Shown here in pieces: positions 46,186 through 57,280 of a stretch of DNA of 64,000 nucleotides (its first letter is position 1; each line of letters opens with the position of its first letter). A model generated the notes under the pieces. That model was not told where the DNA came from. It saw nothing but the letters and a program-made list of their open reading frames with translations, and searched no databases. A program made the translations under genes and the position numbers. The stretch covers positions 45,074,001 through 45,138,000 of the forward strand of contig OZ024750.1 in assembly GCA_964016885.1 (NCBI GenBank). Reading direction: 5' to 3'. This DNA is from Eledone cirrhosa. Its lineage: Eukaryota.

Positions 46186-48627
46186 TTAATTAGGTTTATA
46201 ATATTTAAATGTTTTTTTTAGTTTATGATTACACGATATAATTAATTCCTGTCTTTTATTTAATAAGATATCCCTAGACTTCATTATTTCAAATAGTTCT
46301 TGGGAACATAATCTACATTCCTTTCTATTATTTTGATAAGGGGTGGCTCTTTTGAGCACACTCCAGGTCAAATCATATTTTATATTTTTATTTTTATAAC
46401 TATTGATTTTTTCTGCTAGAGATGTTGTATTAGCCAGTGCGGCATTTTTAAAGCTATGTTTGTGGGTATTATACCTTGTCTTAAAATTGTTAGAGGTAGC
46501 TCCTATATATGAGCAAATAGAATCTTTAGTTTTAACATTACATTTATAGACTATGTTGTTAACAAGACAATTCCCTTTTAATGGGCAGTTTGTTTTGTTT
46601 CTACAGTTACATCCTTTCGTTAATTCTGTATTTGAGGAGATATTATTGTTAATTTGATGTACTGGTGGTATACTTATAGTTTTCTTACATTTATATGCAT
46701 TATATGCACTTATATTTTGTTTTATGTTATTTGTTGTAGAATATGAGAATTTAACTGTAGACCTATTTAAGATTTGATGGTATTTGTGGTTTGGCGGGAA
46801 GTTTTTCTCAAGGATATAAAAAAATTTTTTAGCAATATTATCCTTAACTTGTAAATTAAAAGGAGCATTATACCAAGTAACTCGTCTATTACGGTTTCTA
46901 TGTTGTTTATTATTTTTATTATTTTTATATGTTGTATCATGATTTTTACTAGGAGGAATAATGTTAATGATCTCACCACAACTATTTTTAGTTATATTTG
47001 TAGATTTAGGTGTTTTATCTTTTTTATTAGGAGTTTTATTATTAATATTTATTATAGTCTTATGATGAGTAGTTTTTTGAGGGTTACTATACTTTATATT
47101 AGAAGATTTAGTATTTTGGGGTATACTGTGGGTGGCATTTAGGTGTGTACCTTTCATTTGGTGTTTGTTGGTAATATTATGCTGTATTTTTTCAGTATTT
47201 TTAGTAGAAGTTATATACTCTAATCTATTTTTGTGGCCACTTCTAACTAGAGCTTCATTATAAAAGGTCGCATTTTTATCAAATACATCTTGGTTAGAAG
47301 AAAGGTTAGAAATTCTAAGTGATATATTATATGCAAGGTTTTTAAGGATAGATTTAGGGTGATTAGATTGTGAGTGTATGTAATGTAAGTTTTGGTTAGG
47401 TTTATGGTAAGGTTGGTATATACCCGTAGCTAAATCTAAAGTTATATCTAGGAAATTTACTACTTTACTTGTTTTTTCAAAAGTAATATTAAGATTATAA
47501 TAGTCCTTAAGGAAAGTTCTAATATGCTTTTTGTTTTTTTCGATTTCTGAAAGGCTAAGGTTGTTAGAAAGAAGAAGACAGTCATCACGATATAAACCAC
47601 CTTTGAGGTGGGGAAAAGAGGCATTTATGTTGAAAAGGAGAAAGAGGCCCACAAGATCAGTAATTTGGGCAGAATCGCTTGAACCCATAGTAATATCAAA
47701 AAGATTACTATAAGTGTTTCTGGTCCAGTATTCATTCTGAAATTCAATAAGTGTTTGTCTAGCATGTATAATAATGTTAATGTCATCCGAAGTTAAATTA
47801 GATCTATTTTTAGCAAATATTAATGCTTTGTTCAGGAGTATGGGTGATATAGAAGAATAATAGTTATCTATATCAAACTGTAGGAAAGAAGCAGAAGATT
47901 TACACCTAATATTTTTAAACCAATTAATTACCTGGGAGGTGTTTTCCCAGAGTGGTAAAATAACGTATTTTCTTATTTGTGGGATGACTCTATCTAAAAT
48001 TTTTTTGCTAATTATTCCAATATCTGATTTGGAGGGACATATAAGTCTAATAGAAGGATTAGAGTTAAAGTTAGATTTGTGATCTTTCAGGTTAAAGTGT
48101 GGACTTCTCAATGCCAAAGGTTCAGTTCTATCTTCAATATTTAGTTTTTTTACTATGTTGTGTGTTTTGTTGTTGATGTTGGTGAGTGACGCGTTATTAG
48201 ATTTTTTATAACTTTTTCTGAGTTCTTTATATATGAACTCATTATAATGTTCAATATCCATATGATACAAGTTACCAGTTTTGTCCGAGTGGACATGGAT
48301 TTTTTTAGACTTTTTTAGGTCCAATAGGGTAGAATCAAGGTCCTTTTGAAAGACGGATTTATACTTTTTAAATTTGAGATGTTTAATTAAATTAAAAAGG
48401 TCTTTCTCGAAGTCTTCAAGTAAAAAGTTGTGTGGTGGATTCTTGTAAGTGTTGAAATCATACATATATTTCCGATCTGCTTGTTTAGATTTTCTATCAA
48501 AGTGGTAGGCTCTCCATCTAACCCTTCTGATAAAATTATTAGTTTTCTGAATCATAAGGAGTAAGAAGTCGTCCTTAGAAGGTATTGGTATGTTTTTTAA
48601 GGAGGTTCCTAAATATTGTTTTTCCAT
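46186..48627 (-). CDS. PLE reverse transcriptase + C-terminal GIY-YIG endonuclease, 813 aa from the first ATG (Hydra-clade-like)
   Basis: RT motifs FDIDNYY, ITMGS, GGLYRDD, FLDITL and thumb SNHP; CNCRNKTNCPLKGNC linker; IVYK..YIGAT..FKTRY..H; C-terminal CRLC, LLNKR.E; translation identical to the + copy. Confidence 0.95.
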   Translation of the reverse strand: MEKQYLGTSLKNIPIPSKDDFLLLMIQKTNNFIRRVRWRAYHFDRKSKQADRKYMYDFNTYKNPPHNFLLEDFEKDLFNLIKHLKFKKYKSVFQKDLDSTLLDLKKSKKIHVHSDKTGNLYHMDIEHYNEFIYKELRKSYKKSNNASLTNINNKTHNIVKKLNIEDRTEPLALRSPHFNLKDHKSNFNSNPSIRLICPSKSDIGIISKKILDRVIPQIRKYVILPLWENTSQVINWFKNIRCKSSASFLQFDIDNYYSSISPILLNKALIFAKNRSNLTSDDINIIIHARQTLIEFQNEYWTRNTYSNLFDITMGSSDSAQITDLVGLFLLFNINASFPHLKGGLYRDDCLLLSNNLSLSEIEKNKKHIRTFLKDYYNLNITFEKTSKVVNFLDITLDLATGIYQPYHKPNQNLHYIHSQSNHPKSILKNLAYNISLRISNLSSNQDVFDKNATFYNEALVRSGHKNRLEYITSTKNTEKIQHNITNKHQMKGTHLNATHSIPQNTKSSNIKYSNPQKTTHHKTIININNKTPNKKDKTPKSTNITKNSCGEIINIIPPSKNHDTTYKNNKNNKQHRNRNRRVTWYNAPFNLQVKDNIAKKFFYILEKNFPPNHKYHQILNRSTVKFSYSTTNNIKQNISAYNAYKCKKTISIPPVHQINNNISSNTELTKGCNCRNKTNCPLKGNCLVNNIVYKCNVKTKDSICSYIGATSNNFKTRYNTHKHSFKNAALANTTSLAEKINSYKNKNIKYDLTWSVLKRATPYQNNRKECRLCSQELFEIMKSRDILLNKRQELIISCNHKLKKTFKYYKPN

Positions 48628-48972
48628 TGTGATATGGATGATGGACAATTGAAAGAGCTCAACTAAATGTATATGGGTTTACAAAATCATACATATATAT
48701 ATATGTATATACATAAATATAAAATTAATACACACATACAGTACAAAAATACGAATATTTCCGTGAAAATAGGAGCAAAATTATGTAGATAAATCTACCA
48801 AGAGTTTACGGTAGTGTCCAATCCGTATGAAGAACTCAATGTATTCCGGATATCATGGAAAGAAGAGATGTAATGAAAATCCAATTTCGGTGAAAGATAA
48901 ACGGTATACAGAGTCAAGATAAAATATTAAACAAATAATGAACAAACAATTCCTTATATTAAACAAAAAAAG

Positions 48973-49127
48973 TTCACTATTTAACGATCGTTTCTAGGGC
49001 ATATATGTGCTATAATTGGTATGCATATTTAACAGATCTATGTACAAAATTATACAAAATTATACAAATTATCAAGATTAAATATACATACCTAACTCAT
49101 ATATACGCCGTCTTCAGAAATAATGAA
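48973..49127 (-). ncRNA. Type I hammerhead ribozyme with extended stem II (copy 2)
   Basis: Reverse complement of 56781-56935. Confidence 0.8.
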
Positions 49128-49894
49128 GTATATTTATTGATAATAACAACAATTCAAAATATCAGTTCAAAATTGACCAATGAAAACACAAAGGGTTAAA
49201 AAACAGTTTGGTGTGTGTATATACATGTAAAACCCTACACACATTTTACAATAATGTGTGTATAATATGTATGTGCATACTAAAAAGATGGATGCAAATA
49301 AAAAATTTCAAGGTTAATATCTCTGTAAGCTTAATGCGCTGATAAGATACGCAATGATACTTATGTAGTCAAGCATATAAATATATTTTTTTCATACTCA
49401 CACATATCAGTATAATCACACATACATGTGCGTATATATATAAATATACACATAACCACGAACACACAAACACACACACACCCCCCACTCACATTTATAT
49501 ATGTGGATATAAAATCATAAGCAAATAGAAATTAAGTCACTCACATAAACACACTGGTACACACATTTCAAGATCAAGATACAGAAATTAGGTGGGAGGG
49601 GGGGGGAGGGGTCAGTATTAGGTTGTCAGACCAGACAGCCTAATATAAATGTATCTATAAATTATGAAAAATAAAAAAATAAAAACAATAAAATATATTA
49701 CATAATATAATGTACAAACGCATACAGATATACATACACATACGTACATGTACGCGCACATAGAGATATCTACACATACATACATACACACATACCTATA
49801 CTGTCCTACACACACATACATTTACACGAACATACACATACACATATAAAAAGATAAAAATACGGACACACACACGCGCAACACATACACACAT

Positions 49895-49941
<47 letters not shown>

Positions 49942-50051
49942 TATACACACACACACATAGACTCACATATATATACATACACATACATATACTTATACAT
50001 AAACATATATATCCCACACTCATACCACCATGAAAACACATACAAACATCC

Positions 50052-50094
<43 letters not shown>

Positions 50095-50197
50095 TATATA
50101 AACATACGCACACGTACACATATATGCATATATACATACACACATACACACATACACATATATATATATATACACACACACATAAAATACAGACATG

Positions 50198-50232
<35 letters not shown>

Positions 50233-50328
50233 TTCATTACCCTTATATATACACATAGTATATATACATACACAACCTCACTTATACACATATACACATA
50301 AGTTATATTACAATAATAATAAAGAATA

Positions 50329-50359
<31 letters not shown>

Positions 50360-52372
50360 TATACACACATATACACATATACATACATACACATACATAT
50401 ACATACATACATACACATACATACATACACCTAAATATAAACATATATAAATACACACATACGAATAAAGACATATATTCACACATAGACACCTATATAC
50501 ACATATATATATATATACATATATATATATACATATATATCTATATACACACACATACACATACATACACATATATATATATATATACACATATATACAC
50601 ACGCACACATATACAGACACACATACACACTCACATATATATATATATATATATATATATGTGTATGTGAGTGTGCGCAAATACATACATATATTTACAC
50701 ACACACATACAAACACACACAAACACATACATATGCATACATGCACACACACACACATATATCACATAGATACGAAGATAAACATATAAATAGAGAGACA
50801 TACAAATATATACAGAACCCATGTACACATACATGCAAACACGCATATACATATATACATATATACACACATATATATTCCTATATACAAGCATACACAT
50901 ACGCACACATATATACATATACCTACACATATATATACCACACATTCACATACACGTACATATATAATACATATATATACATACATATACATACATATGT
51001 ATGTACAATCATATATACACACTCAATCTTACATTCATATTTACATGCTCATATATGTATTTTTATATCTAGAAATAAATACCAAAAAAAAAAAAAAAAA
51101 AAAAAAAAAAACTATATAGACACCCATCTACCCATATATTCATACATATACACTTACAAAAACAGATGATAATAGTATGGGGGAAAGGGGGGGGTTTGGA
51201 GAAGGGGATCAAAGTAAATATATGTTTCAAGAAACCTATAATATTTTCCATATCTTAATTCAATGTATGTTCTTACATATTTTCAATGCTAGGAAATACG
51301 AAATCTATGCATCACAAAATAAAAAAGTATACCATTAATCATATGTCAACTAAACCAAAGATAGTCAACATATTGATTTCCAAGGTGTAAATTAGTTAGG
51401 TTTATAATATTTGAAGCAGAATTATGAAGTCAAACAGTAGTAGATTATTAATTACATTATAACTAAATTAAAGTTAATAATAGGGAAAAGAAACCCAAAT
51501 AAAAATAAAATAAAGTATTACATCGGTAGTAGCATATAAATTATATGTAAACTAAGTTAAAAATTATATATTTATTTCAATAGTATATGTTAATTAGTAT
51601 ATGTTAATTAGGTATACAATACATAAAGCAGATATTGTATTTCATCAATAGCATAATATAATTATATGCAAATAAAAATCAAAATTAATACGCATACACA
51701 TACATATACATACACATACACATACATATACATATACATACACATATATATATATATATATACACATATATACACACGTACATACATATATAGTCACATA
51801 AATATACATACAGATACACATACAATACACACATATACATATACATATAGATATACATATCTTTTCCAAAAAATTTGCACAGAATATATTAACTAGGTAT
51901 ATATCCAAAAACACCTCCCATTCTATGATTACATGAAATTCTGCAATTCGTCTGTACAAGGATACTAATTTTAAGCAAATTAAAATTAAAATTAAAGTTT
52001 TAGGTTGATTAAAGCTAAAACCAAATAATAAATATATTTCCAAAATGTATATTAATTAGGTCAATAATACTAAAAATTCTTTCTCCGTCATAGGATACAT
52101 GATATTATTTTGTTATATTTTATCTGTAAAAGAATTATAATAAAAAAAATTTTATAATAAAAGGTTAAACTAAATTAAAAAATTATAATAAAAGGTTAAA
52201 ATAAGTTAAAATTAATCTATAAATTAAATTACTGAATATATATTAGTAATATTTAAAGGTTTTTCAAAATTAATGATTACATAATATTTTCTCATCTGTA
52301 ATAAAATATTAATTAAATTAAATTTATAGGTTAACTAACATTTAAATTAAATTAAATTCTAGAATAATGTTA

Positions 52373-53018
52373 TTAATTAGGTTTATAATATTTAAATGTT
52401 TTTTTTAGTTTATGATTACACGATATAATTAATTCCTGTCTTTTATTTAATAAGATATCCCTAGACTTCATTATTTCAAATAGTTCTTGGGAACATAATC
52501 TACATTCCTTTCTATTATTTTGATAAGGGGTGGCTCTTTTGAGCACACTCCAGGTCAAATCATATTTTATATTTTTATTTTTATAACTATTGATTTTTTC
52601 TGCTAGAGATGTTGTATTAGCCAGTGCGGCATTTTTAAAGCTATGTTTGTGGGTATTATACCTTGTCTTAAAATTGTTAGAGGTAGCTCCTATATATGAG
52701 CAAATAGAATCTTTAGTTTTAACATTACATTTATAGACTATGTTGTTAACAAGACAATTCCCTTTTAATGGGCAGTTTGTTTTGTTTCTACAGTTACATC
52801 CTTTCGTTAATTCTGTATTTGAGGAGATATTATTGTTAATTTGATGTACTGGTGGTATACTTATAGTTTTCTTACATTTATATGCATTATATGCACTTAT
52901 ATTTTGTTTTATGTTATTTGTTGTAGAATATGAGAATTTAACTGTAGACCTATTTAAGATTTGATGGTATTTGTGGTTTGGCGGGAAGTTTTTCTCAAGG
53001 ATATAAAAAAATTTTTTA
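52373..53018 (-). pseudogene. 5'-truncated PLE ORF (GIY-YIG part only)
   Basis: Identical to the ORF C-terminus from KKFFYILEKNF onward. Confidence 0.9.
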
Positions 53019-53019
53019 T

Positions 53020-53530
53020 ATATAAATGTAAGAAAACTATAAGTATACCACCAGTACATCAAATTAACAATAATATCTCCTCAAATACAGAATTAACGAA
53101 AGGATGTAACTGTAGAAACAAAACAAACTGCCCATTAAAAGGGAATTGTCTTGTTAACAACATAGTCTATAAATGTAATGTTAAAACTAAAGATTCTATT
53201 TGCTCATATATAGGAGCTACCTCTAACAATTTTAAGACAAGGTATAATACCCACAAACATAGCTTTAAAAATGCCGCACTGGCTAATACAACATCTCTAG
53301 CAGAAAAAATCAATAGTTATAAAAATAAAAATATAAAATATGATTTGACCTGGAGTGTGCTCAAAAGAGCCACCCCTTATCAAAATAATAGAAAGGAATG
53401 TAGATTATGTTCCCAAGAACTATTTGAAATAATGAAGTCTAGGGATATCTTATTAAATAAAAGACAGGAATTAATTATATCGTGTAATCATAAACTAAAA
53501 AAAACATTTAAATATTATAAACCTAATTAA
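53020..53530 (+). pseudogene. 5'-truncated PLE ORF (GIY-YIG part only)
   Basis: Identical to the ORF C-terminus from YKCKKTIS onward. Confidence 0.9.
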
Positions 53531-54791
53531 TAACATTATTCTAGAATTTAATTTAATTTAAATGTTAGTTAACCTATAAATTTAATTTAATTAATATTTT
53601 ATTACAGATGAGAAAATATTATGTAATCATTAATTTTGAAAAACCTTTAAATATTACTAATATATATTCAGTAATTTAATTTATAGATTAATTTTAACTT
53701 ATTTTAACCTTTTATTATAATTTTTTAATTTAGTTTAACCTTTTATTATAAAATTTTTTTTATTATAATTCTTTTACAGATAAAATATAACAAAATAATA
53801 TCATGTATCCTATGACGGAGAAAGAATTTTTAGTATTATTGACCTAATTAATATACATTTTGGAAATATATTTATTATTTGGTTTTAGCTTTAATCAACC
53901 TAAAACTTTAATTTTAATTTTAATTTGCTTAAAATTAGTATCCTTGTACAGACGAATTGCAGAATTTCATGTAATCATAGAATGGGAGGTGTTTTTGGAT
54001 ATATACCTAGTTAATATATTCTGTGCAAATTTTTTGGAAAAGATATGTATATCTATATGTATATGTATATGTGTGTATTGTATGTGTATCTGTATGTATA
54101 TTTATGTGACTATATATGTATGTACGTGTGTATATATGTGTATATATATATATATATATATGTGTATGTATATGTATATGTATGTGTATGTGTATGTATA
54201 TGTATGTGTATGCGTATTAATTTTGATTTTTATTTGCATATAATTATATTATGCTATTGATGAAATACAATATCTGCTTTATGTATTGTATACCTAATTA
54301 ACATATACTAATTAACATATACTATTGAAATAAATATATAATTTTTAACTTAGTTTACATATAATTTATATGCTACTACCGATGTAATACTTTATTTTAT
54401 TTTTATTTGGGTTTCTTTTCCCTATTATTAACTTTAATTTAGTTATAATGTAATTAATAATCTACTACTGTTTGACTTCATAATTCTGCTTCAAATATTA
54501 TAAACCTAACTAATTTACACCTTGGAAATCAATATGTTGACTATCTTTGGTTTAGTTGACATATGATTAATGGTATACTTTTTTATTTTGTGATGCATAG
54601 ATTTCGTATTTCCTAGCATTGAAAATATGTAAGAACATACATTGAATTAAGATATGGAAAATATTATAGGTTTCTTGAAACATATATTTACTTTGATCCC
54701 CTTCTCCAAACCCCCCCCTTTCCCCCATACTATTATCATCTGTTTTTGTAAGTGTATATGTATGAATATATGGGTAGATGGGTGTCTATAT

Positions 54792-54822
<31 letters not shown>

Positions 54823-55241
54823 GGTATTTATTTCTAGATATAAAAATACATATATGAGCATGTAAATATGAATGTAAGATTGAGTGTGTATATATGATTG
54901 TACATACATATGTATGTATATGTATGTATATATATGTATTATATATGTACGTGTATGTGAATGTGTGGTATATATATGTGTAGGTATATGTATATATGTG
55001 TGCGTATGTGTATGCTTGTATATAGGAATATATATGTGTGTATATATGTATATATGTATATGCGTGTTTGCATGTATGTGTACATGGGTTCTGTATATAT
55101 TTGTATGTCTCTCTATTTATATGTTTATCTTCGTATCTATGTGATATATGTGTGTGTGTGTGCATGTATGCATATGTATGTGTTTGTGTGTGTTTGTATG
55201 TGTGTGTGTATATATATGTATGTATTTGCGCACACTCACAT

Positions 55242-55276
<35 letters not shown>

Positions 55277-55548
55277 AGTGTGTATGTGTGTCTGTATATG
55301 TGTGCGTGTGTATATATGTGTATATATATATATATATGTGTATGTATGTGTATGTGTGTGTATATAGATATATATGTATATATATATATGTATATATATA
55401 TATATGTGTATATAGGTGTCTATGTGTGAATATATGTCTTTATTCGTATGTGTGTATTTATATATGTTTATATTTAGGTGTATGTATGTATGTGTATGTA
55501 TGTATGTATATGTATGTGTATGTATGTATATGTGTATATGTGTGTATA

Positions 55549-55579
<31 letters not shown>

Positions 55580-55675
55580 TATTCTTTATTATTATTGTAA
55601 TATAACTTATGTGTATATGTGTATAAGTGAGGTTGTGTATGTATATATACTATGTGTATATATAAGGGTAATGAA

Positions 55676-55710
<35 letters not shown>

Positions 55711-55813
55711 CATGTCTGTATTTTATGTGTGTGTGTATATATATATATATGTGTATGTGTGTATGTGTGTATGTATATATGCATATATGTGTACGTGTGC
55801 GTATGTTTATATA

Positions 55814-55856
<43 letters not shown>

Positions 55857-55966
55857 GGATGTTTGTATGTGTTTTCATGGTGGTATGAGTGTGGGATATA
55901 TATGTTTATGTATAAGTATATGTATGTGTATGTATATATATGTGAGTCTATGTGTGTGTGTGTATA

Positions 55967-56013
<47 letters not shown>

Positions 56014-56780
56014 ATGTGTGTATGTGTTGCGCGTGTGTGTGTCCGTATTTTTATCTTTTTATATGTGTATGTGTATGTTCGTGTAAATGTATGTGTGTGT
56101 AGGACAGTATAGGTATGTGTGTATGTATGTATGTGTAGATATCTCTATGTGCGCGTACATGTACGTATGTGTATGTATATCTGTATGCGTTTGTACATTA
56201 TATTATGTAATATATTTTATTGTTTTTATTTTTTTATTTTTCATAATTTATAGATACATTTATATTAGGCTGTCTGGTCTGACAACCTAATACTGACCCC
56301 TCCCCCCCCCTCCCACCTAATTTCTGTATCTTGATCTTGAAATGTGTGTACCAGTGTGTTTATGTGAGTGACTTAATTTCTATTTGCTTATGATTTTATA
56401 TCCACATATATAAATGTGAGTGGGGGGTGTGTGTGTGTTTGTGTGTTCGTGGTTATGTGTATATTTATATATATACGCACATGTATGTGTGATTATACTG
56501 ATATGTGTGAGTATGAAAAAAATATATTTATATGCTTGACTACATAAGTATCATTGCGTATCTTATCAGCGCATTAAGCTTACAGAGATATTAACCTTGA
56601 AATTTTTTATTTGCATCCATCTTTTTAGTATGCACATACATATTATACACACATTATTGTAAAATGTGTGTAGGGTTTTACATGTATATACACACACCAA
56701 ACTGTTTTTTAACCCTTTGTGTTTTCATTGGTCAATTTTGAACTGATATTTTGAATTGTTGTTATTATCAATAAATATAC

Positions 56781-56935
56781 TTCATTATTTCTGAAGACGG
56801 CGTATATATGAGTTAGGTATGTATATTTAATCTTGATAATTTGTATAATTTTGTATAATTTTGTACATAGATCTGTTAAATATGCATACCAATTATAGCA
56901 CATATATGCCCTAGAAACGATCGTTAAATAGTGAA
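56781..56935 (+). ncRNA. Type I hammerhead ribozyme with extended stem II (copy 3)
   Basis: Stem I TTCATTATTT (56781-90) / AAATAGTGAA (56926-35); core CTGAAGA (56791-97) and GAAA (56914-17); palindromic stem III ACGATCGT; GUU site after 56925; long stem II with GGCGTATATATG/CACATATATGCC and GGTATGTATATTTAA/TTAAATATGCATACC. Confidence 0.8.
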
Positions 56936-57280
56936 CTTTTTTTGTTTAATATAAGGAATTGTTTGTTCATTATTTGTTTAATATTTTATCTTGACTCTGT
57001 ATACCGTTTATCTTTCACCGAAATTGGATTTTCATTACATCTCTTCTTTCCATGATATCCGGAATACATTGAGTTCTTCATACGGATTGGACACTACCGT
57101 AAACTCTTGGTAGATTTATCTACATAATTTTGCTCCTATTTTCACGGAAATATTCGTATTTTTGTACTGTATGTGTGTATTAATTTTATATTTATGTATA
57201 TACATATATATATATGTATGATTTTGTAAACCCATATACATTTAGTTGAGCTCTTTCAATTGTCCATCATCCATATCACA

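Larger units (their letters stand above)
42578..53018 (-). mobile_element. PLE tandem array, left arm (~1.7 units): partial endonuclease region + 3'UTR, full ORF, 3'UTR and long terminus
   Basis: 42578-46831 repeats at 48782-53018 with a period of ~6.19-6.20 kb; ends ...CTACATA into (TA)n. Confidence 0.95.

Noticed and set aside
52373-53530. Stand-alone GIY-YIG genes (229 aa and 189 aa) with novel N-termini
   Set aside because: The N-termini are antisense read-through across the palindrome junction; these are truncated copies of the PLE ORF
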